Program-made: the position numbers and the translations under genes
Shown here: positions 28,601 through 37,167 of the stretch, one piece after another
Layout of the letters: the number at the start of each line of letters is the position of its first letter
Numbering within the stretch: position 1 is the first letter of the stretch
The notes under the pieces: generated by a model
What the model was told of the DNA's origin: nothing
Databases searched by the model: none
What the model saw: only the letters and a program-made list of their open reading frames with translations
IMG/VR virus record: IMGVR_UViG_3300005300_000013
Location: 1-45,253 of that record
DNA: 45,253 nt
Reading direction: 5' to 3' (one strand)
Source of the DNA: a virus
Taxonomy: Duplodnaviria; Caudoviricetes

Positions 28601-31600
28601 GGGAACAACAGTTTCATGAAGTCTGTTATGGGGATATTAGCATCAGAATAAACACGGGATATCAATTTTACAAACGAAGCGAATTCTTCTGGGTGCTGCG
28701 ATGCAACAGACTTCAATTCTTCGGCAAATGTGGAAGCGACATAAGATATCACTTCTGTAGTTGGAAACTCTTTTTCTATTCCCAAGAAATGTTCAAAATC
28801 TTCACGAACACCCAAATAATCAACAATAAAACTCCACAAAGGAACACGGGAAACCCCTATGACATCTGCGGCGAAATCAGAAATAGTCGCAAAATCAGTG
28901 TTAAGCATTTCATTCAATCTGTTTCTAAACTGCATCATTCTAATAGGGTCTCCACCTAAGTTGGGGTCTGACAACCTTGCGAAAACCTCTTCGTTTATAA
29001 CTTCTCCCCTGCTTATTCTAAACCCGACATCCCATATTTTGTTCACCAACTGTATAACCAACGAAGCCTTTTTCTCTCTTGACAATCTCTTGGTTGTCAT
29101 TTCCAGAATTTCTTGTATCTCGGAAATGGCATCTGTGAGCGGTCTAACGATTTCTGGAACGGACGATAAGTTGAATTCCTCCAACAACGCATTAATATTT
29201 TGTGAAATGTCTTCCAATTCACTCAATAGACCAAAAGACAAATTCCTTGGAAACTTTTCGGGGAACAATATGACATCGCCTGTAATTTCCTTTGTGTTGA
29301 AAATAAGAGCAGCGGCAACTTTGGCTCCAAGATAACCTCTCCTAATCAGTGTATCGGCAAGTTCCAAAGTAAACGCAACGGCTTTTTGTCTATCCTCTTC
29401 GGAAAGTTCAGCAGCGGCTTCCCTCAGTCTTTTCTCCGGTAATAGTGTTTTGTATGTAAGTATGTGCAATAGTTCGTGGACAGATGTTTCATCAAGCATC
29501 TTGTCTAAATCTTTCAACCAAACGAATGACCGAACAGAAGAACTTGGTAAATCAAATATTGTTGCTGTGTAAACGCCGGCAAAACTGAGGTCTACTGTTG
29601 GACCCAAATAATATGCCGTGGGAGCCATCGTTCCAACAATCAACAATTTCAACATGTTATCGCTTATCCATCTCTCTATCTCGGCTGGGTCGCCAAGCCC
29701 TGAAATTTCAGACGCCATCCTTAAGACCTCTGGGTCTTTCAACCTTTCGGACACAACTGACATTAAGCGGCTATGCCTATTCTTGACGACATTCACGACA
29801 ATTTCTGGCTCAGCCCACGGAACTGCCGCTATAGACTGATATGCTGTAGTTTGTGTGCGTATAGTCCTTCTCTCCGTTTTTTCCTTTTCCCGCTCCCTAA
29901 TCCTACCCGCTATGTTGGAGAATTGCTTATCCGGAGCACGAAGCGAAAGGAAATCGGCAAAAACAGATGACGGCGTTACAGCAAACAACTCCGCTATATC
30001 TTTCCGCGTCCTGTCAACGCCAAAATACCTGCTATCGTAAAGGTTCATCAAACTCTGTAATCGTGAAACATAATAAACCCAAAACAGAGCCTCTTCTTCT
30101 TCTGGGATTTGTATCCTAACCTTTCTACCATCCTCGCTCCACTCCACCATCCAGTCACCGTTTCGCAATTCAACATCATCGGCGAGATAACTCCGCAAGA
30201 ACGGCAAGAGAACTTGCGACCTTATTGCGTAAACCGTCTCTGACAAATCACCGGTTCTGGTGTCAGGAAGTAGGTTTTTGACAAGAAAATATGCGGGTGA
30301 ATGGAAAATCTTTGCGTGAGTGGTAAGAAAACTGGGTATAAACGAGATAAGCATAGCAGCGCCGAGGATGTTATCCAAATGTGGAAATCCGGCAAACCTT
30401 GCAACCCTAATTGCCGACACGGCATTCACAACAGGTGCATCTTCTGTATACTTGCGTATATTCTCCATTATTTTATCCCTTGATTTGTTCATATAGTTTT
30501 CAATCTGCGGTATGAATAACTCCCACCACTTCAAGTTCCTTCTAAAGAACTCACTAAACGCATCAAGAACCTCAGGAGTAACCCCCATTCTTTTACCAAG
30601 GGGTGTTTCGGGTTCGGCATACATCAAGGAAGCAAACAACATCCGTATGTGCAGCGGTATGTCCAAAACATCAACCTTAGACCAAAAATCTAACACGAAG
30701 TCCCAAAATTCCTTGGGTATTCTCTCTCTCCAGAAAACATCCCGTATAACCCTTCCGAATTCACGCAGCCTTTCCTGCGACCACACATCCTTGTTTCCCA
30801 TTATCAGTATGACATCATCAGTCTCTGTAGCAGAACGACGACCCGGCGTCCCTATATCTACAGCAACGACATTGAATTTTGAAGATACATGCGGTGTGTT
30901 GCGAATTCTCTCTGCAACATCCGGCGAAACAGCAAACATCATAGGAAACGGACTGTCTTCACCGAGATACATCTTAGATATTTCTGAATGCATCACAAAC
31001 GAAAGTGCATAACTCGTCACCATTGCGTCCCACATGTATCTGGTCTCGTCAGCGTTATGCTGTATTGCTTCATCCGAAAGACTTTCTCTTCTACCCTCAT
31101 GATACACTCTGGTCGCCAAAACAAAGGCGTTTCTCCATTCATCGTCAACAACCCTTCCCACTACCATATTCTCTGCATCAACAACAGTCGCCGGTATGTA
31201 ATCTTCGCCCCAATGTGAAAAATCTCGTTTGGGGTAAAACCGCTCTAACGCCTTTTCCGCTCTGCTCCAATCAGCTCCAAAACCATAAACATCCATATCG
31301 GCAACTTTTTGGACGGTTGGGCTCTCCTCGTCTCCTGCCCTTGCTGCCTGTTGAGCCTTCCAAGCAGCATAAAGGGCATCAAAGTCCCGTATCATCTTTC
31401 TCCAACCATACTTTGCCTCTTCAGCCGTGGGTCTTATTCGGTGATATCGCTCCCTAACAACATTTTTCGCAACTTCCAAAATCTGCGATGGCGACACTAC
31501 ACTTTCCACCTCTGCCTGCATAACAGGCTCTATTGTCTCCGTCCACCGTTTTACGATGTCATCCCGTGCTTCCCCTTGTAAGTGTCTCCCCAAATACTCA

Positions 31601-34600
31601 GGTAGGTTGCTCAAGAAAATTTTGTCTAAGTTGCGAAGACCAGCCGAAACCCTTGCCTCAAGTTCCACATCGCTTTCCCTTGAAGCGCCGCCCGCTTTCG
31701 CTATGCCAGCCGCCGTAAGCAATGTCAATTTGTGCGCCAAAAGGGATTTCATTAAGTCTGTGACAACTGGAAATCCTCTATAGAAAGTCCTAAGAGCCCT
31801 ATCACGAATAGTCCTATATGCCTTCAAAGCCTCTTCTGCGGTTTCTACGGGGACATCACGAACACCCTCCAAAGACCTCTCCAAAGCAACCAGACCTGCC
31901 CTTAGCATAACAGAAAACATCTGTGTTGCCGCTTGTGTGTTGTTTTCGTAGAAGTATTCTCCAAACCAACGGGCGTGCGTGAGTATGTGTAAGCCGATAT
32001 TCGCCCTTGCAATATCTCTTATGTCCAGTTTATCCTTGCCGAAAACCTTATGTGATACCAACCTTTTCACATATTCCCCGCTGATTATATCTTCCCATTG
32101 CGCTATTGTCATGTTTTCTGGCATAAACTCTCCTTCTGGGACATTGTATTTCTGCCGCATATCCCGCTTCGTGTCTTCAAATATCCTGTATGCTTCAACA
32201 AGTTGCGAAACAATCTTCTTCTCTTTTTCGGGCAACGCTTCCAATGCAGTAGCGAACTTCGTCATTATCTGCTTGCTTGTCCGCAGGTCGTCTTCTGTCG
32301 GTATGTTCAAAGCCCACAAAAGTTGACCCAACTTCGGAGCAGTTGCCCTTCTACTCAAAGCGTTCATGTCCTGTATACCACGCAAAGCGTGTCTTATTTC
32401 CCCGGCGATAAATCCCTGAAAGGATGTGGGGTCTTGCATCGTTTGCTTGACAAAACCATACTCGTAAATAGAAGCGATGGTTCTCGCAAAATTCGGTTGC
32501 GACAGGATTTCGTGTGGCAACATCTTGTTGCCTTTGAAGTATTCAACTGTTCCACGATAAAGGTTTGGAATATCCAGCAGCATGTTAACCAAAGTTCCAC
32601 CAATTATGTGACCTGTCAATTCACCGCCTGAAAGGTGGCTCGGCATTCCGGGCAAAGTGAAGGCAACCCCTGTGACAAGGGATGTGGCAACCTTGGAGAA
32701 GCCAGAGACCTTGGGAGCAACCTGCTTGAGTATGTCCAGCGCAGCCTCCGTTCCTACCGTTCTTGCAATTTCCTCTAAACCCTTAATTCCCTGCGATATT
32801 CCCATTTTACGAAGTTGCCAATTCAGTGCCGTTCTCGTGAAAAATCCCTCAAATGCCTTGCCCGGAAGTATCGCAACCTCAAAAGTGGAAAGGAGATTGT
32901 CCAACAACCTCTGACGAGCATTAAGTGCCGCAACACCTCGTGATAACTGTATCGCAGCCTCTAAGTTGCCAGTTTCAGCCAAAGCAGAAACAGCCGCCGG
33001 TATCCGTTGGGCGCGTGTCGCTGATGCAACCCCTCGTAACAGTTGCCTACCTACAGACAGAGCCTTCGGAACAACACCAAAAGGAATTAGTGGCGCCAAG
33101 TTCCTGTATTCGTAAAGGTTATTTTCTGCAAAGTTTCTGAACGCCCAATGGTCGTTAGTTGCTCTCCTCAAAGCGTCGTTTAATATCTCTCCAACCTTGC
33201 TTTGCAACACCATAGATGCGAAAATATACCAACCCTCTTCCGTAGGAACATAACGCCCATTTACGAGTTTCAAGTAATTACTCCAACCGTTAGACGCAAA
33301 GAAGTTCACAGCATCTTTTAAGTTTTGTCTTCTAAATTCTGGGTCTTTAGCCAACTTTGCGGACTCGGAAACAATTTTGGGACCAAAAATTTCGTCTAAC
33401 TTCACCAAAGCCCGTTGCATGAATTCACGAACTTTGGAGTCTTTGGGTAAAAATGGTCTTGTCACTAATTCGGGTATAGCAATCAAAGAGGAAACCATAT
33501 GCGCAAACCCCTTAACTATACCGCCCCAAACAAGCGTCACCGCTGGGTTGTTGTTCACCGCATCATATGCAATCCTTGACGCTAACTTATCTAATCTATT
33601 TTTACTTCGGTCGTGGGTATTCCTAATTTCCTGCATGAGTTTCGCCCATTCTTCCCGTTTTGCCCCAACAACGAACGGCGACACAAAAAACCCTAACTCT
33701 TTAACAGCCCCCGTTGCAAACCCCGAAACTATATCCCAAATAGATTTCCCCGCTTTCTTTGCTTCCTCCCAAAGACCAGAGACACCCAACATCTTTGCTA
33801 TTTCCATTATTGACTTTATCCTTGTTTGTTCTGCTTCCTGCGGGGTTTTCGCTTGTGAAATTTTTCTTGCGGCGCTGACAATATGTCGCAGTATGCTTTG
33901 TCGTTTAGATGTATCCATTGTATGCCAAATATTAGCGAAGGCGCTATCCTGTTTGGCGACCTCTCCGATAAGAGACAAGGCAGCAATGTAATCTTGCGGC
34001 TGTTTTTCGTCTGGCGGTATCAACCCTTCAGCCTCAGGAAACTCCCGTCTAATCTTTGTAGCCATCTGCGGGCTGATGGCTCTCGTGACTGAAGGTAATG
34101 TCTGCATAACGGATACAAGACCTGGCATCATCGCTTGGTGTATTTGTTCCTGCGGAACTGAAATCGTTGACGGCGCCCTACCAGTTCTTAATGTGACACG
34201 CCTGCCTCTAAGCGCCGCCGAAATTGTCTCCCGCAGCGCCTCTTCTTGTTGTTGCATCTGTCTGCGCATGAAACTACCTGTAATTTCAGACCACATACTA
34301 ACAGTTTGCTGAAATGCTTCCCTCCTTCTCTGTAACGAAGCCAACCTGTAAACACCCTGCCCGGGAATGAGCGGGCGAAAATCACCTTTCGCTACTGCTT
34401 TAGCGTAGGCTGGGGCGTTCCAAGATGCCATGTAGTAACTAATGAGGTGTGAAAGGGTTTTCAAGTCAATCTTGGAAAAATCTGTTTTGAAAACAGCGTC
34501 ATACAACTGCGGGTTTAACTTTTTCAAGTTTTCCCTTACCTGTTTGTCGTAATTGATTATGTATCGGATATGATTGAGCATTCGCTTGCGAACTTCCTCT

Positions 34601-34881
34601 GCTGGCATATCCCTTGTGGCATATATACCACTGGGAAAATCAATACCCATAGACCGCAGCGCTTGTGCCCGGGCATCGTTGATTTGCCATGGACCGTAAG
34701 ACCTTGTTTTGTTACCTTCAACAGTAACAGCATAAGGGCTACCACCCTCAAGGTTCATAAGATACATCCACGCAAATATGGATTGTGGTGGCATGTTTTG
34801 TCTCGTAGCCTCTTCAAAGAACAACTGGGCAACCTGCTGTTTACCCCAAATATCGGATTGTTGTTTGGTTTGCTTACGCAT
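19684..34881 (-). CDS. Giant (5065 aa) polyvalent internal virion/ejection protein
   Basis: Uninterrupted 15.2-kb ORF; N-terminal lytic transglycosylase motifs (LEGG-x-PYAV, YGPWQIN, ASWNA); HELLH zincin at ~aa 1802; hydrophobic segments; last of the ejection-gene block. Confidence 0.85.
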   Translation of the reverse strand: MRKQTKQQSDIWGKQQVAQLFFEEATRQNMPPQSIFAWMYLMNLEGGSPYAVTVEGNKTRSYGPWQINDARAQALRSMGIDFPSGIYATRDMPAEEVRKRMLNHIRYIINYDKQVRENLKKLNPQLYDAVFKTDFSKIDLKTLSHLISYYMASWNAPAYAKAVAKGDFRPLIPGQGVYRLASLQRRREAFQQTVSMWSEITGSFMRRQMQQQEEALRETISAALRGRRVTLRTGRAPSTISVPQEQIHQAMMPGLVSVMQTLPSVTRAISPQMATKIRREFPEAEGLIPPDEKQPQDYIAALSLIGEVAKQDSAFANIWHTMDTSKRQSILRHIVSAARKISQAKTPQEAEQTRIKSIMEIAKMLGVSGLWEEAKKAGKSIWDIVSGFATGAVKELGFFVSPFVVGAKREEWAKLMQEIRNTHDRSKNRLDKLASRIAYDAVNNNPAVTLVWGGIVKGFAHMVSSLIAIPELVTRPFLPKDSKVREFMQRALVKLDEIFGPKIVSESAKLAKDPEFRRQNLKDAVNFFASNGWSNYLKLVNGRYVPTEEGWYIFASMVLQSKVGEILNDALRRATNDHWAFRNFAENNLYEYRNLAPLIPFGVVPKALSVGRQLLRGVASATRAQRIPAAVSALAETGNLEAAIQLSRGVAALNARQRLLDNLLSTFEVAILPGKAFEGFFTRTALNWQLRKMGISQGIKGLEEIARTVGTEAALDILKQVAPKVSGFSKVATSLVTGVAFTLPGMPSHLSGGELTGHIIGGTLVNMLLDIPNLYRGTVEYFKGNKMLPHEILSQPNFARTIASIYEYGFVKQTMQDPTSFQGFIAGEIRHALRGIQDMNALSRRATAPKLGQLLWALNIPTEDDLRTSKQIMTKFATALEALPEKEKKIVSQLVEAYRIFEDTKRDMRQKYNVPEGEFMPENMTIAQWEDIISGEYVKRLVSHKVFGKDKLDIRDIARANIGLHILTHARWFGEYFYENNTQAATQMFSVMLRAGLVALERSLEGVRDVPVETAEEALKAYRTIRDRALRTFYRGFPVVTDLMKSLLAHKLTLLTAAGIAKAGGASRESDVELEARVSAGLRNLDKIFLSNLPEYLGRHLQGEARDDIVKRWTETIEPVMQAEVESVVSPSQILEVAKNVVRERYHRIRPTAEEAKYGWRKMIRDFDALYAAWKAQQAARAGDEESPTVQKVADMDVYGFGADWSRAEKALERFYPKRDFSHWGEDYIPATVVDAENMVVGRVVDDEWRNAFVLATRVYHEGRRESLSDEAIQHNADETRYMWDAMVTSYALSFVMHSEISKMYLGEDSPFPMMFAVSPDVAERIRNTPHVSSKFNVVAVDIGTPGRRSATETDDVILIMGNKDVWSQERLREFGRVIRDVFWRERIPKEFWDFVLDFWSKVDVLDIPLHIRMLFASLMYAEPETPLGKRMGVTPEVLDAFSEFFRRNLKWWELFIPQIENYMNKSRDKIMENIRKYTEDAPVVNAVSAIRVARFAGFPHLDNILGAAMLISFIPSFLTTHAKIFHSPAYFLVKNLLPDTRTGDLSETVYAIRSQVLLPFLRSYLADDVELRNGDWMVEWSEDGRKVRIQIPEEEEALFWVYYVSRLQSLMNLYDSRYFGVDRTRKDIAELFAVTPSSVFADFLSLRAPDKQFSNIAGRIREREKEKTERRTIRTQTTAYQSIAAVPWAEPEIVVNVVKNRHSRLMSVVSERLKDPEVLRMASEISGLGDPAEIERWISDNMLKLLIVGTMAPTAYYLGPTVDLSFAGVYTATIFDLPSSSVRSFVWLKDLDKMLDETSVHELLHILTYKTLLPEKRLREAAAELSEEDRQKAVAFTLELADTLIRRGYLGAKVAAALIFNTKEITGDVILFPEKFPRNLSFGLLSELEDISQNINALLEEFNLSSVPEIVRPLTDAISEIQEILEMTTKRLSREKKASLVIQLVNKIWDVGFRISRGEVINEEVFARLSDPNLGGDPIRMMQFRNRLNEMLNTDFATISDFAADVIGVSRVPLWSFIVDYLGVREDFEHFLGIEKEFPTTEVISYVASTFAEELKSVASQHPEEFASFVKLISRVYSDANIPITDFMKLLFPAQMTAEMFDSAVHTVKVEFGDLVSNPNDITRAVFLVSSLLGDTFTRIVNPYPDIIEAIINDGVTKAIWGNIAPGRFAPELSEVEAVALSERPTIEKYWDIVSKAFEPISKVEKEVSLAKAERDLIIASVTSPRKFAKFTQEEIERLIQIASQVQTDIETAPKGEEFVKLVNEFMKRMQTRVAREGQVVTTTFHDFLSNFVSETPIDASYLDVVLGIASQKSAEDPMGAFIVQNENFSDIVRLSTHLSREIVMLFANMDKITPIRDAMQFLTEGTKGWGRNLYHSLAAVTGSFWGLLEEILTQPDLMRVKRFLDNFGAPKEWTEERVVSLIFRKFFDTVEGTAIAYADDLLTKMEEANVFGRKLTEKEREAYRRNFANAIVVDFFTFAYGKNISRSVVENINALNISLTNRLRVSPFRSTSVMADSSGIPHITPGAFDVLLANFGGAWDEFVNQIYTLNDHSMIEKATEDFAGKYRKINPVPESKINPFGQMFAMLVRNYIEASSVERPAIEPVDRWREEISRIVETTTVPDALYLSKVPANIVPLFAGFRNAVGEAFGFWKRKRAEAGLLKEGTYFDIMSMQPPDTFPSVFRGVIDLDETYRITSESPSLFLAVLHERMSQYISSPVTTRHFPEFADILTKQVPEIHDAFARRFSERLSTVMKTKFQRRLEQALGERRGLQEFGEPWQSSALAEMSKPEFEGVKSEAASVIFDLVRNQAFRVADKYIAHVKSGSPFDLFSAFEEFNGRQVLGVLKEQFPLVSLLVSLEPEILEDVKGLFKFLVVYKTFDKFLQEHPRFGETKQAWRETLFIEPSWREILIGELGEHRDFTAALNVKPPVPHREFMNRVTSAFRSADWLNPEDINWRHVAEFIDALWHYSEMKSLSEYGEREGRLDPLAKLSSIYRAIGVVVDDLYRHGFISTQQKRKAAELSKGVFEELTGEIRERLARGQRVEDVQLIRIDKLMDLFNELGETTFKNAVLRMSKLARTSRDIDDVFRGRMADVTTLSRMRYLTPELFGLATEIFKSYGLVYRNLSGELGRGLRKPETVYKHLMFAVSRGMESILNRLDVVGDFDKKRVAIQALVAPYDAVLRYFDEQFRELSERYAKREDAGEVTLTEEEAREYSLLVRALSEQLMAALRDIPKAFGVLQQFYELEKRQFRNVAYTIDTLVEILSTHTEEIPPLNPKAKKRILDLLREIRDMDEVGEVDKDIINIAIQSLGEGYYESFLVGMDLQGAIKRYQKLTGKDLSGQTPDFLLRVAEHYSRLLEQLQQYRKQAEENPQMKPVEYWDREISKADALLAELLDRDMTRPGIRHLSPEVQQLPQMIEILDILSTHYIMNTLGRRLEETMAMIPKQARDAIFSSFEKLVTISEGDEVNLSFLHRRQKGGALTRFLVGLSLVGTLAAAIPALPELATRVFPALAADIGRGVAQMVHLAMTDPMWVAGIAAGVLSYALAKKRTSISKVLSGILIGVSNWMRTHIPRLNQIYSQLSTEIVNKIRTQLGDTAAGLAAAILPLMSPHDAFDIATLPFLVNHISKLTYQGTFPGSGRPSRELAEQLINFSFAQAILGQGAVLGAHISNLAHATETYLITRHALPKFLQDPARSDAVVLNLAVLKALSLLSKHGIEALDKPFREFYKRSPIRLASAIVNDPMTGQPTRFSLTTDTATINVGGQRVALDDMTLRQVLELGLRGFVSQEDMNALFNATPKKFKDMLTKIRDNHLAELKRRIYAGLMAHATDEDTQAIRFVSSYLLPVARGLLLPAKEPHLAAAMTTYGEVQAAYLMNLRYLQHILSLPYAQQLLQPLGIDANEIVSEIDRVWNGLRSAGISARVLEDVDRAMSSVREITEKTIKETKGLTPQNVWKRVRDALEEAQKVVGKVMAELIHTRYTPLLKGVKGKRLATTLGYPFLALEADMRAEVVKLFKEPFNQEAFSVATSTFPDEVVNLDVVANLERLLASGRLTPMQLFDVFEKRIVGVLNELAKASHIKFEDLNADFNRILFTLYTNSHRDIDPTERVSSMSDIFSKRLVDLNHAEIFDPSSPVPPEVGRLRDELEKLAWSYVVLLNYLVKTHSMKAYLGDLLLGLPPSFALTEERYVPQWGDETLEPWNAVVKLITHSFERLPQRAPRQRFQFRRTGRGRVPAPDFRDFMRRSLFAFTTKQVLDKHRPLIEGVIGFMPPPFKQLMAYQLANALAPLRVSGSPRVPLNFEVGESVASAIQDMFSAVGEYHKAVMGGLSERRRGVFERLLGAYQTQTLIWQIRSPLRQVGALIYAGAALYRDFGDMFAAILPTLFFPRAVKIILDTMRGDLSGLNDFERVVLENSPELWSRRMVTEREFLADARAVIEDMMSHPRGQEAMNILLDPAASAADKQKALSMLQEIYILGADPNFLNRAWRNITKWGFAALRLMDEAAVLATKLAAVAAYVAHNDVTGQFDVKDLPGALHYSSALSERVHSTPLEGYRPALFRGGEGSVWRKVLFMPQVFSQFLVYTFAASEQVRIMLGDIWDGMTRKDLSLKDRAADIAAGISALVLLQLGAAIMNGSLVGLTQRPLEEQPLGVYSREEEEKNLADAAMSMSMEITKSALPKPVTFLASYALNLLPLRSMLLKKTLLGTVTERDLPPALQLGYRVLSTVVNTLSSLGYMAGAEEGEETNRLQSVLDAMLVSSPREQIWSIATDLAQITLLLASLRFPQLGSVPVGMIAPATRALTMGEEMPVPVEVTTTMAGRPVAARATQAMFGIPSPHGYSELLSPGPADYAFRSGERNPQQMAFRFIDATERSTIPAYVSELMRVARTVRIGPTLTALKHLIDPAFYLSISEPSRFQVIPHYVSENHPVVVSVRKLFNTLKAPSEEKFITYVASNPIDFAWLSVMWGYNDIMDRWVQGSTKPDWHKQYKDLNILSAALASYGVRPEVVSALVSILEQSNEHNLREFMNRHIVRLREQEAAKKVLRGQKLGVGRRGE

Positions 34882-34899
34882 ATACCAATCCTACCCCCC

Positions 34900-37167
34900 T
34901 TAACGCAATTTGGGTATGTATGGCTGTCTAAACCTCTCCTTAAAACGCTCCCAAAATGTTTGCCAGAATGTTTTCCTCTCCGCCCCTGTTTCGGTTCTAC
35001 CTGTTTGTCTTGTCTCTGTTTGCTCCGGGGTAGTTAGCCTTAATCTCCCGCCTCTCTCCCACCGAGGGATTTCCTGTTTTGCTTTATCCGCCGTTGATGT
35101 TTTCTTTTCCCCGGTTTTCGGTTTTTGTGCTTTTGTTTCTTTGGTTGCCGTTTCTGTCGGTTCTTCCGTTGGAACGCCACCTATACCCAAAAACGCTGGG
35201 TCGCCAGTAAAAACAGTCGGTTTTCCTGTTTTGGGGTCGGTTACTATTATAGCAGGGGCAGATGCCCCTGCACCCATTTGAGGTTGCATCATATAGTATG
35301 GCACACCACCCATTTGTAAAACTTCTTCGGGCAACGCATCTTGTGTCGGCAAGTATCCCTGATTTCTTAACAGGCTTTCCATTTGGCTGTGCGCCTGTAA
35401 AAGTATAGGAATTAACTTGTCTAAAAGGTTGTCAACAACAGCACCGTATTCTTTCCTTTCGTCTGGAGACAGGGTTTCCCGTTCCAAGCCTTGCAAGGCA
35501 GTATCAAGTTGTTTGCTAATTTCATCCGTTATTCGCCGCCTCAAATCAGGACCCAAAACATTGTTAATGAGTGGGTCTTTAATGACATTAGCCATACTAA
35601 GTGCGTTCTTTATGACCTTGATGTTTTCACTGCTTGACAACAAGCCCGAAACTGAACCCTTCTCGTCTCTGTATTGTTTCAGTATCCGCAAAAGACTTAA
35701 AGTGCCGTTGAAAAATTGTCTTATCGCATCAAACTGCGATTTAAACTTTCCTTCTTGCATATCAGTTCGTAATTTTTCCAACTGCTGTATTTTATACTGT
35801 ATCCCCAACTCCTTTAGTCTTTTATCCAAATTCTGCATCGTAGACTTACTCAACAAGGAGCGAAATTCTGGGGTTCCCAATATCTGCTGGACATTTTCAA
35901 ACATTCTTGATGAGGCGCCAACCGTGTTTTTGACCGCCCTAACCCTGTCCACCAAAACCTTCAACGCCTCTGTTGGATAGACACCAAGTTCATCCAATTT
36001 AGTTATCATTCTGGTTAACCTATCTTCGGTTTCGTCAAGTATCTGCAACCAAGAACTAAATGTAACCCTGCCCTGTGGGTCGGTCATAATTTGTTCCACT
36101 GTCTTTCCGCCAACCATACCCGTATAAGTCCTAAGCGACGAAAGCGAACTACTGACATACTCTTTGCTTCCTGTTCCTACAGCGGTTAGAAGCGAACCGA
36201 CCTGCTGTATCAAGTCCCTTACCATCTTGTCCACTTTAGTTTCAAAGGCTTTCATTGAATTAACTATGTCGTCAGATATTTTTCGCAACAACATTTCAAC
36301 ACGCCTGTCAAATTCCTCCATCGGAGCCTCCCTTAAAACATCCATGACTTTTTCTGCCGCTTCTACTGATGCCTCAAGGACGGGAAGTTTCAGACCGAAT
36401 TCCTCGGCTGCCCTAAGCAAATTCCTTCCGTATCTGACCCTTTCATCAACCAAACTCAACCATATCTGCTGATACTTCGTGTGGGTTGACGCAATGTTCT
36501 TTATGGAACTAACAACATCGGCGGGAAAATTCTGAAGATACACTTCTCCTTCCGCAGGGTTCTGCCTGTATAACCTTGCGCCATTTGTAGTAATGGCAGT
36601 GACAATGTTTTCAAAGTAAGGCGTCCCCGTAAACTTCCACAATTCTTGATACACAGCATTTAAATCAAACCAACTCCCTGCCCTGTTGGCTTTGGAAATT
36701 AGCGTTTCAGCCCATTCTTGCCTCCGTTGTGCCCTATGACCTTCCAAAGAAGAAAAGAGTTGTAAAGAGCGTGTAAAAAGTTCATTCTTTCTTTCTTGAG
36801 CCTTTAAGTCATATTCAACTCTTGCCGTCCACTCGTCAGAAGGAAGTATGAACGGTATAAATTGCCGCAGGGTGTTTAAGAGACGACCTGTTGATTGCGG
36901 ATACCATTGCAACAATTGAACAAACTTTTGTGCTCCCTCGGGTGTCCTCAAATTTTTGTAAAAGTTTCTGGCAAATGGAGGGGCACTTTGTAAGTAACCT
37001 TCTCTGATTTCGTCAAACGATAAAATCCTACTTCCCCCAAGCATTTCCCATATTTCGTCAAGGGATAAACCGGGGGAAAATGGGTCAGCGATTGCAGCCT
37101 GAACTTTGTGTCGGAAGCCTTGCTCCACACCTATCACCCCATGTGTCACCAAGAAATTATCTACCAA
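34900..37167 (-). CDS. Putative internal virion (ejection) protein
   Basis: Helical-looking protein between nozzle and giant gene; start may instead be GTG 37128 (GGGGTG RBS). Confidence 0.65.
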   Translation of the reverse strand: MVDNFLVTHGVIGVEQGFRHKVQAAIADPFSPGLSLDEIWEMLGGSRILSFDEIREGYLQSAPPFARNFYKNLRTPEGAQKFVQLLQWYPQSTGRLLNTLRQFIPFILPSDEWTARVEYDLKAQERKNELFTRSLQLFSSLEGHRAQRRQEWAETLISKANRAGSWFDLNAVYQELWKFTGTPYFENIVTAITTNGARLYRQNPAEGEVYLQNFPADVVSSIKNIASTHTKYQQIWLSLVDERVRYGRNLLRAAEEFGLKLPVLEASVEAAEKVMDVLREAPMEEFDRRVEMLLRKISDDIVNSMKAFETKVDKMVRDLIQQVGSLLTAVGTGSKEYVSSSLSSLRTYTGMVGGKTVEQIMTDPQGRVTFSSWLQILDETEDRLTRMITKLDELGVYPTEALKVLVDRVRAVKNTVGASSRMFENVQQILGTPEFRSLLSKSTMQNLDKRLKELGIQYKIQQLEKLRTDMQEGKFKSQFDAIRQFFNGTLSLLRILKQYRDEKGSVSGLLSSSENIKVIKNALSMANVIKDPLINNVLGPDLRRRITDEISKQLDTALQGLERETLSPDERKEYGAVVDNLLDKLIPILLQAHSQMESLLRNQGYLPTQDALPEEVLQMGGVPYYMMQPQMGAGASAPAIIVTDPKTGKPTVFTGDPAFLGIGGVPTEEPTETATKETKAQKPKTGEKKTSTADKAKQEIPRWERGGRLRLTTPEQTETRQTGRTETGAERKTFWQTFWERFKERFRQPYIPKLR

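Noticed and set aside
2308-29478. Identical HELLH in the VWA partner and the giant protein as a functional link
   Set aside because: Common HEXXH variant; no similarity seen in the flanks
19714-36472. Many + strand ORFs opposite the virion genes
   Set aside because: Antisense shadow frames with no recognisable motifs
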